Of a stretch of 64,000 nucleotides of DNA, positions 42,440 to 54,506 are shown one piece after another. Where the stretch lies: assembly GCA_963715985.1 (NCBI GenBank), contig CAVQSP010000011.1, positions 576,001 to 640,000 on the forward strand, in the 5' to 3' direction. Position 1 is the stretch's first letter, and the number at the start of each line of letters is the position of its first letter. Source of the stretch: an uncultured Thermoleophilia bacterium (GTDB lineage: Bacteria > Actinomycetota > Thermoleophilia > UBA2241). The notes beneath the pieces were generated by a model that searched no databases, was not told the origin of the DNA, and saw only the letters and a program-made list of their open reading frames with translations. The position numbers were made by a program, and so were the translations under genes.

Positions 42440-42790
42440 AAGTGAGCCTCGCCGGCGTCGTCTCCGCGCTCGAGAGCATCCGAAACGCGAGCGAGGAGGT
42501 CGATGAGGAGGAGCTGGTCGGAGGCGTCGAGGGCTCCCAGCGCGGCGGCGGAGACGCGGGACGAAGCGAGCCTTAGCGCAGGCAGTGACTCAGCGGCCTT
42601 CGCCGTGAGTCCCAGCACGCGGGAGCGGCCGTCGCTCGGGTGCGGGCACGACTCGATCCAGCCGTCACGTTCGAGCCTGCGTGAGACGCCACTGAACGTC
42701 GGCCGGTCCATGCCGAGGCGCTCGGTGAGACGATTCCCTTGAAGGAGCGTGACCCGATGCCGTCCCGATGCGGTCCCATCGGCATCGGAC
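42436..42790 (-). pseudogene. MarR family regulator, 5'-truncated
   Basis: LTERLGMDRPTFSGVSRRLERDGWI...DGRSRVLGLT. Confidence 0.65.
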
Positions 42791-42821
42791 CGGATTCGAT
42801 CCCGTATGCGTGGGACGGGCC

Positions 42822-43379
42822 TCAGGACGCGCCGAAGTCGACGTCCTTGGTCTCGACCGTCCCGGCCGTCCGGCCCGGCGCCTTCTGGTCGCTCCAGTAC
42901 AGGTTCGTGTGCGCGATCACCTGGTCCGGCGGCGGCGCCCCCCACGCCGTCTGGTCCTCCGTCGTGTGGGCGTCGCCGACGAGGATCGCGTCGTACCCCC
43001 TGACGAAGGCGCCGTGGAGCGTGGAGCGGATGCACGCGTCGGTCTGCGCGCCGACGACCGTGAGTCGCCCGACCCCGAGGCCCGACAGCACGGTCTCGAG
43101 GTCGGTGTCCTCGAAGGCGTCGCCGTAGGTCTTCTCGACCAGCGGCTCGGCGTCGCCCGGAGTCAGCTCGGGGACGATGCGCCAGGCGTCGCTCCCGCGC
43201 ACAAGCTGCTCATCGGAGTGCCGGACCCAGACAACGGGGACCCGTTCCCTACGCGCCTTCTCGACGAGGCTGCCGATGTTGGCGACGACCCTGTCGCGAT
43301 CGTGCGCCCCCTCGACGACGCCGTTCTGCACGTCGACGACGAGGAGTGCGGTGTTCGGCCGGTTCTGGAGTGTGGTCAT
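42822..43379 (-). CDS. Isochorismatase/cysteine hydrolase family protein
   Basis: ALLVVDVQ, EKTYGDAF, GAQTDACIRST, DAHTT. Confidence 0.92.
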   Translation of the reverse strand: MTTLQNRPNTALLVVDVQNGVVEGAHDRDRVVANIGSLVEKARRERVPVVWVRHSDEQLVRGSDAWRIVPELTPGDAEPLVEKTYGDAFEDTDLETVLSGLGVGRLTVVGAQTDACIRSTLHGAFVRGYDAILVGDAHTTEDQTAWGAPPPDQVIAHTNLYWSDQKAPGRTAGTVETKDVDFGAS

Positions 43380-43618
43380 GGTCTCCCCCTGCTCGCGCTG
43401 TGCTCGTGTGTGCGACTGGAGGAGAGCTTACCCACCGACAGCGGGCCGGAACGGACCTGCGATCGCCCCGGGCCGCTCCGCCTCGCGCCCCTCCGGGCCC
43501 GCCGCTCGTGCCGGCGTAGACGAACGTACCCCCCGCCCACTCCGCGGTGACGCGGAGCTACCCCTTGTGCCGCAGGCCGAAAGTGCCGACAACAGGCAGC
43601 GAGTTGGCCTCCGAAATC

Positions 43619-45978
43619 ATGACAACTGCGGAGCCGGCGGGCAAGGAGAGGGCAGACACGGTGCACACCTGGCGCTCGCTGCCGTGGGTGACGATCGCCT
43701 TCCTGGTCACGGGAGGGTCGGTAGCGCTCGCGGCCGCGGCCGGACTGTTCGGCCCCTACGAATCCGCGGCCATCTTCGGCATCGCGAGCGCGACGCTGAC
43801 CGCCCTCGTCGTCTCGACGTGGGTGCGCAAGCCGTCGCGCGTGTGGCCGTGGGCCTGCATCGCCGCGTCGTTCGCGCTCTTCCTGGCCGGAGGCGTGGTC
43901 CGCGCCTACCTGCAGACGGTCGGCGACCTCACCACAAGCCGCTCCATCATTCCCGATCTCATCGTCCTCCCCGGGTACGCCCTGCTCGGGGCGGGCCTGC
44001 TCGGCTTCTGGAGGCGCGGCGCCCGGGGGTCCCTGCGCCGGTCCAGCGTCTTCCTCGACGGCCTCATCGCGGCGCTCGCCCTCGCCGCGGTCTCCTGGGT
44101 GTTCGTGGTCGAGCCCGTGCTCGCTCAGGGCGACGTGCCGCTCTCGCGTGAAGCTGATCATGATCGCCTACCCCTCCATGTCCATCTTCCTGGTCGTGCG
44201 TCGCGCTGCGCATCGCCCTGAACCCGGAGCGGTCGCCGGTGCCGGCCTTCTGGCTGCTGCTGGCCGCCATGATGTCGCTGTTCGTCGGCGACGCGCTGTA
44301 CCTGCTCGCCGACCTCAGCCTGGTCGAGATACCCGCACAGCTGCTCGACCTGCCCTACGCGTTCGCCTACCTGTTCGCCGGAGCCGGCGCCCTGCACCCG
44401 TCTATGCGCTCGCTCACGGAGCCCGGGCATGGCCAGCGCATGACGGAGTCGCGGCTGCGCATCGCCGTCGTCGGGGTGGCCCTCCTCATCCCCGCGGTGC
44501 TCACGCTCGCGTACACCAGCGACGTGCCGCGCGACCGGGCCGTCCTGAGCATGCTCATGATCGTCCTGACCGGGGCGGCCGTCCTGCGCATCGTGCAGGC
44601 GCTCCAGACCGCGGAGCGTTCCGAGGCGCGCCTCGTCTTCCAGGCGCACCACGACAGCCTCACCGGCCTGCCCAACCGCAGGATGATGGAGGAGCACCTC
44701 AGCCCGCCTCCTCGCAGAAGACCCCCGTGGACCGCACCCACGTCGCGCTCCTGTACCTTGACCTCGACCGCTTCAAGCTGGTCAACGACACGCTGGGGCA
44801 CACACGGGGCGACGAGCTCCTCGATCGAGGTGGCCGAGCGCCTGCGCGCAGCGCGTGAGGCCGACAGACCTCGTGACCCGCATCGGCGGCGACGAGTTCA
44901 TGATCGTGCTCAATCAGGGTGGTCAACGTGTCGCAGGCGGTGGACCTCGCCAACCGCCTGCGCGACAGTCTCACGGCGCCGTTCATCGTCAAAGGGCATG
45001 ACGTTCTACCTCTCGGCGAGCATCGGCCTGGCGTTCGCCTCCGGTGACGACCCATCCGCAACGGCGGAGGCGCTGGTCCGCGACGCCGACACGGCCATGT
45101 ACCAGGCCAAGGACGCCGGCCGAGACGCCGTCGCCGTGTTCGACCAGTCCATGCGCGACAAGGTCGAGGAGCGCGTGGAGCTCGAGCGCGACCTGCACTT
45201 CGCCGTCTCGATGGCCCAGTTGCATCTCGTATACCAGCCCATCGTGCGGCTGCCGCACGGCAGCGTCGCCGGCATGGAGGCGCTGGTCCGCTGGGCGCAC
45301 CCGACTCACGGCGTCATCACGCCCGCCAAGTTCATCCGCTCTTGCCGAGGAGGCCGGCCTCATCTCGGAGATCGGCGACTGGGTGCTGGAGGAGTCCGTG
45401 CGGCAGTTCGCGGCCTGGCGCCGCCAGGTCCCGTGGATGGCCGATCTGTACATCTCCGTCAATCTCTCCGGGCGCGCAGCTGCACGACGACCACCTCGTC
45501 CAGCGCGTGGCGGACATCCTCACCCTCCACGGGCTCGACGGCTCGTCTCTCTGCCTCGAGCTCACCGAGTCGGTCGTCATGCAGGATCCCGTCTCTGCCG
45601 CGGCCACGCTCGGCGGAGCTCCGCGGCCTCGGCGTACAACTCGCCATCGACGACTTCGGCTCCGAGTACTCGTCCCTCGCTTACCTCAAGCGGTTCCCGG
45701 TCTCGGTGCTCAAGATCGACAAGTCCTTCGTGGTCAGCCTGGCGCACAAGGACAGCGCCGACGCCACGCTCATCGCGACCATCGTCGCCATGGCGCGGGC
45801 GCTGGGGATCACCACGGTGGCGGAGGGCGTCGAGACGCGCTCCCAGGCCGACCATCTGACGACGCTGGGCTGCGACTCCGCGCAGGGCTTCATGTACTCG
45901 CGTCCGGTCGGCCCGGACCGCCTGGTAGAGGTGGTGTCCTCGCTGGGCACCCACCGTCTCCACCTCGTCCGCGATTGA
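43619..45978 (+). CDS. Membrane GGDEF-EAL protein (multiple indels)
   Basis: TM region, HDSLTGLPNR, RIGGDEF, YQPIV..EALVRW, IDDFG, KIDKSF, VAEGVET. Confidence 0.9.
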
Positions 45979-45992
45979 CCACCGAAGGCGAG

Positions 45993-46134
45993 TCAACGAG
46001 GGGGGCGCCGTGAGGCGCACCGCTCAATGAGCGGCGAAGCGGGCTCAACGAGGGGGGCGCCGGGAGGCGCACCCCTCAATGAGCGGCGAAGCGGCTCGAC
46101 GAGGGGGGCGCCGGAGGCGCACCGCACACTGAGC
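45993..46134. repeat. ~52-bp palindromic tandem repeat, ~2.7 copies (REP/BIME-like)
   Basis: Units start at 45993, 46045 and 46096: TCAACGAGGGGGGCGCCGTGAGGCGCACCGCTCAATGAGCGGCGAAGCGGGC. Confidence 0.85.
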
Positions 46135-46138
46135 CGCC

Positions 46139-46959
46139 TCAGCCGGCCGCCTGCTCGCTCCTCCGGACTTCCAGGTCGTCGACGTCGCTGAGGTCGACTG
46201 TGCGCAGCGCCGGCTCGAGACCCTCGCCCAACTCGAGGATGGCGTACAGGTCCGGGTCCTCTTTCGGCCAGCTTCCGCTCGGCCTCAGCGAGCGCACCAG
46301 GCGGGGATGCGGCCGCCGAGCCCAGGTAGGCCGCGCGGGGCAAGGCCATCGAAGCCCGCGAAGATGAGGCGGAGCTTCCAGCGCAGAGCCTGAAGTACCG
46401 GCATGTCGAAGATCGCCACGAACCACTCCACCCCACAGCGAAAGGCGGCCATGATGAGGCTCTGGTACAGCCCCATGGTCACGAGGCCGCGGGCCGCCTT
46501 TGCCGCGATACTCCGGGGCGACGGCCAGGGTGGCGATGTCCCAGGTCTTGGCCCGGTCGATCTCGAGCCCGGCACGCTCGATGACGGCGCGGCGGACTCG
46601 CCCCACACCGTCTCGATGTCGTTGAGGCTCTTGAAGCCATGCGGCGAGGGCACCGATCACCCGCATCATGCCGGCCGGGAGTTGCCGCAGATGGTCGAGG
46701 ATGCAGAAGAAGAAGCTGCTGTGACTCGTAGTCCCCGTACTCCTGGGACAAGGCCTCGGGGGAGTCACCGAACGTCTCGCACAGCACGACGGTCTCGACG
46801 GAGCGCGCGAGCCCGGCTGCCCCGAACTGTCCGGTGCGGAACACGTAGGCGCCGAAGGGCTCCGGCGCGCCGGGCGCCATCACCTGAGCCACGAGCCGGC
46901 GCATCTCGTCGTCGTCGAGCACCTGGGGCAGGGCATAGCTCGGGTCCCGAGGTGGTCAC
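46139..46959 (-). CDS. Hypothetical GNAT-like acyltransferase (indels)
   Basis: LARSVETVV..ETFG, AGMMRVI, WDIATLAVAPEYRG; GAAGGAG RBS. Confidence 0.6.
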
Positions 46960-47277
46960 AGGACGACTCCTTCATGGGCAGGCGGCGGGCACGAGCTCGA
47001 GGCGCCCGCTTCGCGTCCGGCCGCGGCGGGCGCAGAACCCTTACCGCAGCCGGCCGGCGGCGGCGGCTGGCGAGAATCGCGAGGACGCCGGAACCGCTTA
47101 GCAGTACGCGCGCGGCGCCGGAACCCGCCGCGCTCGTACGACGGGGTCGCGGAGGACGCGAGGGGCCGCAGGCGCCCGAGGCGCCGCCGCGAAGCGGCCG
47201 GGGCCGGGGCGCCCTCGCGCCCCGGCCCCGGCCGCTGACTCACAGAACGGCCCGCAGGTGCGGGCCGCGAAAACGTC

Positions 47278-47428
47278 TTACTTGCTCTTGCCGATCTTGA
47301 ACATCTTGGTGCCGCACTCCGGGCAGATGCCCTGGGTGGCGGGCTTGCCGTTCTTCATCGTGACGGCCTGCTCGTCCTTCATCGGTACGCTTGGTGCGGC
47401 ACTTCACGCAGTATGCCTCAGTCGCCAT
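47278..47428 (-). CDS. DUF5679 small zinc-ribbon protein (indel)
   Basis: EAYCVKCRTKR.MKDEQAVTMKNGKPATQGICPECGTKMFKIG. Confidence 0.85.
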
Positions 47429-47784
47429 GCCGTCTCCTTTCGGGAACTTCGCGGGCCCCTTGCCCGCCCCCCAAATGTCCCGCGGAGCATACTCTGTGCG
47501 TCAGGGCTACGCAACGCTGTATGTTCGAGGCTGGCGCAGGCTCGACGCAGGCTCGAAACCGACCGGGCGAAATGGACTGCTCCAAGCGGCATCGTTCGGC
47601 CTCCCGGGCGGCCTCCCGGGCGGCCCCCGAAGGGGGCCGCGAACGCCGGTCCGGGGCCCGTGAGGGACAGACATGCGGAAGCCCCGCACTGGTGCCACGG
47701 GGCTCATGCTGGGATACACTTGGCTCTCCGCCAAACAAGCGGCGCCCGCGACCGGGCGCCACGCGCCAGAGGTATGGAGCCGTG

Positions 47785-48510
47785 ATGCTCGCCGACCACC
47801 TCACAGAGTGGATCCATACAGAGGTCTCCGCCGCCGGCGGAGCCGGCGCGGTGTTCGGCCTCTCCGGCGGCATCGACTCGGCGGTCGTCGCAGCGCTCGC
47901 CAAGCGCGCCTTCCCGCACCACACGCTGGGCGTCATCATGCCGTGCTACAGCGACCCTCGCGACGCCGCGGACGGTGCGCTGGTGGCGCACCACTTCGGC
48001 GTCGCCTCGGCCACGGTGGATCTCGGTCCCGTCTACGACGCTCTCCTCGCCCAGCTGGGCGCCTGCAGCGCCGACATGCCGGAGAGCCGCCTCGCCACCG
48101 CCAACCTCAAGCCGCGCCTGCGCATGACCACGCTGTACGCCTTCGCCAACCAGCTCAACTACCGCGTGCTGGGTAGCAGCAATCGCGCCGAGCTCACCGT
48201 CGGCTACTTCACCAAGCACGGCGATGGTGGCGCGGACCTGCTGCCCCTGGGCAGCCTCGTCAAGGGCGAGGTCCGTGACCTCGCCCGCGAGCTGGGCATG
48301 CCCGAGAGCATCATCGCCAAGCCCCCGTCGGCCGGCCTGTGGGCCGACCAGACCGACGAGGGCGAGATGGGCCTCACGTACGAGGAGCTCGATGCCTACT
48401 TGCTCACGCGCCAGGCGTCGCCCGCCGTCAAGGCCAGGGTCGACGCCATGAACGCCGCCAGCGAGCACAAGCGCGCGCTCCCCCGCATCGCCCCCAAGCC
48501 CGGCGCCTGA
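47785..48510 (+). CDS. nadE: NH3-dependent NAD+ synthetase
   Basis: [35 protein letters not shown]. Confidence 0.95.
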   Translation: MLADHLTEWIHTEVSAAGGAGAVFGLSGGIDSAVVAALAKRAFPHHTLGVIMPCYSDPRDAADGALVAHHFGVASATVDLGPVYDALLAQLGACSADMPESRLATANLKPRLRMTTLYAFANQLNYRVLGSSNRAELTVGYFTKHGDGGADLLPLGSLVKGEVRDLARELGMPESIIAKPPSAGLWADQTDEGEMGLTYEELDAYLLTRQASPAVKARVDAMNAASEHKRALPRIAPKPGA

Positions 48511-48614
48511 GGAGGCAGCCGCCTTCGGCGGCCGATCCGCGGCGGGTTCGCGCACGGCCTTCCCCCGGCCCCGTCTGTTACACTCTTACGCCGTCTTTTC
48601 GCGGAGGTATTGCT

Positions 48615-49867
<1,253 letters not shown>

Positions 49868-49868
<1 letters not shown>

Positions 49869-50887
49869 TGGCCGCCCGGGAGTACACCGTCGCCGTCGCC
49901 GGCGCCACCGGCGTGGTGGGCGGCACCGTGCGCCGCATCCTCGAGGAGCGCGGCTACCCCGTCGGCGAGCTGCGTCTGCTCGCCAGCGCCCGCTCCGCCG
50001 GCCGCCGGCTGCCGTTCAAGGGGGCCGAGGTCGAAGTACAGGAGCTCGGCCCCGGCTCGTTCGACGGCGTCGACCTCGTCTTCTTCGCCGCCGGCGGCTC
50101 GGTGAGCACCGAGTTCGTGCCGCAGGCGGTGGCCGCAGGGGCCACCGTCATCGACAAGTCGAGCGTGTTCCGCCAGGACCCCGGCGTCCCGCTCGTGGTG
50201 CCCGAGGTCAACGCCGACCACCTGGCTTCACACACCGGCATCATCGCCACGCCCAACTGCTCCACCATCCAGATGGTCGTGGCGCTCAAGCCCCTCTACG
50301 ACGCCGCCGGCATCAAGCGCGTCGTCGTCAGCACCTACCAGGCAGTGTCGGGCAGCGGGCAGGGCGGCATCGCCGCGCTGGACGCGCAGGCCCGCCAGTG
50401 GGCGGCAGGCGAGCCGGTGGAGCAGCAGTTCTACCCGTACCAGATCGCCTTCAACGCGCTGCCGCACATCGACGGCTTCCTGCCCTCCGGCGCCACCAAG
50501 GAGGAGCAGAAGATGGTCGACGAGACCACCAAGATCTTCGCCGACCCGGAGCTCAAGGTGACGGCCACCTGCGTGCGCGTGCCCGTGTTCGGCGCGCACA
50601 GCGAGGCCGTCAACGTGCAGACGTGGAAGAAGCTCACGGCGGCCGAGGCCCGTGAGCTGCTCGCCGCGGCCCCCGGCATCGAGGTCGTCGACGACCCGGC
50701 GGAGCTCCGCTACCCCATGCCGCTCGACGCCGAGGGCAAGGACCCGGTGTACGTGGGCCGCATCCGCGAGGACGTCACGCTGAAGAACGGCCTCGACATG
50801 TGGGTGGTGGCGGACAACCTGCGCAAGGGCGCGGCGCTCAACGCGGTGCAGATCGCGGAGGAGCTCGTGCGCCGGGGTCTGCTGTGA
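49868..50887 (+). CDS. asd: Aspartate-semialdehyde dehydrogenase
   Basis: GATGVVG, PNCST, YQAVSGSG, DNLRKGAALNAVQIAE. Confidence 0.97.
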
Positions 50888-50938
50888 CGGGCCGCGGGTA
50901 TACTCACGCCGTCATGACCCCCCGACAAGGATCGTCCA

Positions 50939-51937
50939 GTGCCTGAACCAGACACCTCCGTCCACGACGTCGTCATCGTCGGCGCGGGCCCCGCGGGCCT
51001 CACCGCCGGCATCTACGCGAGTCGTGGGCGCCTCGACACCGTGATCCTCGAGCGCAACATGGCCGGCGGCCAGATCGCGCTCACCGAGCTCGTGGAGAAC
51101 TACCCGGGCTTTCCGGAGGGCATCTCCGGCTTCGACCTCTCCGAGAAGATGAAGGAGCAGGCGATCAAGTTCGGCGCCGACCTGCGCGAGATCCAGGCCG
51201 TCACCGGCCTCGAGCGCGACGAGGCAGCCGGCTGCTGGGCGGTGCTCACCGACGGCGGCCCCGTGCGCGGCCGGTCGGTCATCCTCGCCCCCGGCAGGGA
51301 GCCGCGCCGTTCGGGCATCCCCGGCGAGGCCGAGTTCATCGGCCGCGGCGTGAGCTGGTGTGCCACCTGCGACGGCGCCCTGTACAGGGGCCGCACCGTG
51401 GCCGTCGTCGGCGGCGGCGATTCCGCCGTCGAGGAGGGCATGTTCCTCACCAAGTTCGCCGACAAGGTCTACCTTGTGCACAGGCGGGACGAGCTGCGCG
51501 CCGCCGCCATCGCCCAGGAGCGCTGCTTCGCCAACGAGAAGTTCGAGATCGTGTGGGACTCCGTGCCGCGCAGGATCGACGGCAGCGAGATGGTGGACGC
51601 GCTGGAGGTGGAGAACGTCAAGACCGGCGAGATGCGCACCCTGCCGGTGAACGGCGTCTTCATGTACATCGGGCAGATCCCCAACACCCAGTGGCTCAAG
51701 AGCGTCGTGGACCTCGACGAGTCGGGCTACATCGTCATCGACGAGCTCATGCGCACGAGCCGGGCGGGCGTGTACGCCTGCGGCGACGCCAGCGTGAGCC
51801 CGCTGAAGCAGATCACCATGGCCACCGGCCAGGGTGCACTGGCGGCCGTCCAGGCGGAGAGGTACCTGGACCTGCTCGCGTGCGCCATCCCGGGCACCGG
51901 GAGCGCGGCCGGCGGCAGCGCCGCCGCGCAAGTCTGA
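50939..51937 (+). CDS. trxB: Thioredoxin reductase
   Basis: GAGPAG, VENYPGF, CATCDG, VGGGDSA. Confidence 0.95.
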   Translation: MPEPDTSVHDVVIVGAGPAGLTAGIYASRGRLDTVILERNMAGGQIALTELVENYPGFPEGISGFDLSEKMKEQAIKFGADLREIQAVTGLERDEAAGCWAVLTDGGPVRGRSVILAPGREPRRSGIPGEAEFIGRGVSWCATCDGALYRGRTVAVVGGGDSAVEEGMFLTKFADKVYLVHRRDELRAAAIAQERCFANEKFEIVWDSVPRRIDGSEMVDALEVENVKTGEMRTLPVNGVFMYIGQIPNTQWLKSVVDLDESGYIVIDELMRTSRAGVYACGDASVSPLKQITMATGQGALAAVQAERYLDLLACAIPGTGSAAGGSAAAQV

Positions 51938-51961
51938 CCGATCCAACGAGGAGGCACCCCC

Positions 51962-52276
51962 ATGGACGCTGTCTCACAAGACGATTTCGAGGCTCAGGTC
52001 ATCAAGGCGCCCGGCAAGGTGCTGGTGGACTTCTGGGCCGAGTGGTGCGGCCCGTGCCGCATGATCGGGCCGGTGCTCGAGGAGATGTCGGGCGACCACC
52101 CGGACGTCACGTTCCTCAAGCTCAACGTGGACGAGGCCCCGGCCGTCGCGCAGCAGTTCAACGTGATGAACATCCCCTCCATCCTCGCCTTCGAGGCCGG
52201 GGAGCTGAAGCAGCGCGTCGTGGGCGCCATGCCCAAGGCCAAGCTCGCCGAGGAGCTGGAGGCGTTCCTGGGCTGA
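51962..52276 (+). CDS. trxA: Thioredoxin
   Basis: DFWAEWCGPCR. Confidence 0.96.
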   Translation: MDAVSQDDFEAQVIKAPGKVLVDFWAEWCGPCRMIGPVLEEMSGDHPDVTFLKLNVDEAPAVAQQFNVMNIPSILAFEAGELKQRVVGAMPKAKLAEELEAFLG

Positions 52277-52328
52277 GAGAGCGGGCGCGGGCGTCCGCCC
52301 GCTTGGGCAGGGCGAGCGGCGGCGGCGG

Positions 52329-53706
52329 TCAGAGCAGGCCGCCCGCCTCCAGCAGCCTGCCGACGCTCACGGGTTCCAGGCCCCTGGCGCGCAGGCCCTT
52401 GACGATGGCCGGGATGGCCTTCTGCGTGTTCCACTCCGTGTGCATGCAGATGATGCTGCCCGGCCCTGCGCCGCCCACCGCGCGGCGCGCCACCACCGCC
52501 GGCGAGGCGCCGGTCCAGTCGCCGGTGTCCACGTCCCAGTTGACGACGAACGGGTAGCCGGCGCTGCCGGCCGCCTTGAGGGTCGTCGCGTCGTACGCCC
52601 CGTAGGGCGGCCGGAAGAGCGGCGCCGGTATCGCCCGGCAGGCCTCCCACCACATGTCGGCGTTGTCGAGCAGCTGCCGGCGTGCCTCCTCGTAGGTGAT
52701 GGTGGTGAAGTCGGGGTGATCGTAGGAGTGATTGCCGATCTCCATGCCGAGGCTGCAGCGCCTCGCGCGCGACCTGGGGGTACTTGTTCACGCTCACGCC
52801 GGTACAGAAGAAGGTGCCCGTGGCGTCCAGCTTGTCCAGAGTGCGCATGATGTGTCGCCACGCGTAGCCGGAACCTCCGTCGAAGCTGAGGGCGACCAGC
52901 TTGCCGGCCTTGGGGACGCTCCGGATGAGCTTGGCCGCGCGGGGAGCGTCACAGGCGATGTGGACCGTGGCGCTCGTCTTGTTGCCGGCCGCGTCGGCGG
53001 CGGTGACCACGAAGCGATAGGTGCCCGGGAAGAGGGCGCCGCCCGACTGCGTCCTCGCCGCCCATGTCACGGTCTCGGGGCCGACCGCAGCGTGCGGCGA
53101 GCCCTGCTCGCCGGTCTCGCGGCCGAGCGAGTCGACGACGGCCCACGTCACCGTGACGCCCTTCTCCGCCGCCACGTCGTACGCCAGTATCAGGTCTTTG
53201 GGGCCGCTGATACGGGCCGGCCGCGCTGTGATCCAGGTGATGTCCGGCGCGGCGGTGTCCACCTGCACCGTGTACTTGACCACCGGCCCGCCGCCGGCGG
53301 CCCGGACCTCCATCACGTGGGCGCCGTCGTTGCCGTGGTCGGCCGGCGCCTTGACGAAGGCGATCCTGCCTTTGTGCCAGGGCCCGCCGTCCACGCGCCA
53401 CTGGGCCACGGCGGGCTGCCCCTGCCCGGTGGTGAAGCGCACGAGGACCTTGCCGTCGTGGCGGGACGTGTCCGAGCCGTCGATGCGGATACCCGAGACG
53501 GTGACCCCGTGCGTGCTCGTGCCGGAGGCCGTGCCGGCGCCGGGCCACGGCAGGCCGAGGTGGCCGAACCACGGGACCGCGGCCAGGACGGCCAGGAGGA
53601 CGACGGCGAAGACGGCGACGAGCGCGACCACGGGCCAGATTCCGCGACGCCCGCGGCGCCTCCGCGGCGGGCCCGCCGGCGGCGGTTCCGCGCGGTAGTA
53701 GTTCAT
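52329..53706 (-). CDS. Membrane-anchored polysaccharide deacetylase with Ig-like domains (indel near 52760)
   Basis: N-terminal TM, ALSFDGG, EIGNHSYDH, FRPPYG, WDVDTGDW, ICMH. Confidence 0.88.
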
Positions 53707-53762
53707 GTCGCGGAGCGGTGTCCCTGCGGCGCCCCGCTCGATGGTCCGCCTGCGGCGGCCAT

Positions 53763-54506
53763 TCAAGCACGCTCCAGGCGCAGACCGAGGACGTCGTAGC
53801 TGAACGACACCGAGCGGTCGGAGAACGCGATGTCCATCTGCGCCTGCACCGCCACCGGCAGCTCCTGGAGGCGGCCGCGGATGAGGGCGGCCTTGGCGGC
53901 CGGCACCGCCGCGGCCTGCAGCCAGTAGTCGAGGTCGATGGTGCGGCGGACGCTGCCGCGGCGCGCGACCTTCAGCCCTGCGCCGGCGGCGATCTCCTCG
54001 ATCTGCTCCGGCCGGTAGTGCCGGCGATGTGCCGGCTCGCGCAGCCGCGCGAGGTCGTTGAACGACTTGTCCGTGACCTCGTCCACCACGGGATCGACGA
54101 TCACGATGCGGCCGCCGGCGCTCGTCACCCGCAGGAGGTCGGCGAGCGCCGCTCCCGGCTCCGGGAGGAGATGGAAGGCGTTGCGGCACAACACCAGGGT
54201 GAAAGCGCCGTCCGCGTAGGGCAGCGCGTACAGGTCGACCAGTGTGAAGGCGACGTTCCAGAGGGCCAGCTCCTCGGCAAGACGGCGGCCCTCGTCGAGC
54301 ATGTCGGGCAGCTCATCGGCGACCTCCACCGTGCGCACGTCGGGCGCGACGGCGAAGCCGGCGATGCCGGCGCCGGAGGAGTAGTCGAGCACTGCGTCGT
54401 GCGACGTGGGCTGCGCAAGGTCGACGAGCAGCTCGAGTGAAGCGTCGCGCATCTCTTCCACGTCGTCTCCCTTCGTCGCCGGACCCGCGAGGGGCCGGTC
54501 TGGCAT
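53763..54506 (-). CDS. Class I SAM-dependent methyltransferase
   Basis: VLDYSSGAG, LPYADGAF, CRNAFH. Confidence 0.85.
   Translation of the reverse strand: MPDRPLAGPATKGDDVEEMRDASLELLVDLAQPTSHDAVLDYSSGAGIAGFAVAPDVRTVEVADELPDMLDEGRRLAEELALWNVAFTLVDLYALPYADGAFTLVLCRNAFHLLPEPGAALADLLRVTSAGGRIVIVDPVVDEVTDKSFNDLARLREPAHRRHYRPEQIEEIAAGAGLKVARRGSVRRTIDLDYWLQAAAVPAAKAALIRGRLQELPVAVQAQMDIAFSDRSVSFSYDVLGLRLERA

Noticed and set aside
45993-46134. CRISPR array
   Set aside because: Units are contiguous with no unique spacers, and there are no cas genes.
48511-48614. Lysine riboswitch before aspartate kinase
   Set aside because: The 104-bp interval is too short and lacks recognisable conserved elements; only a TACACT -10-like box is seen.
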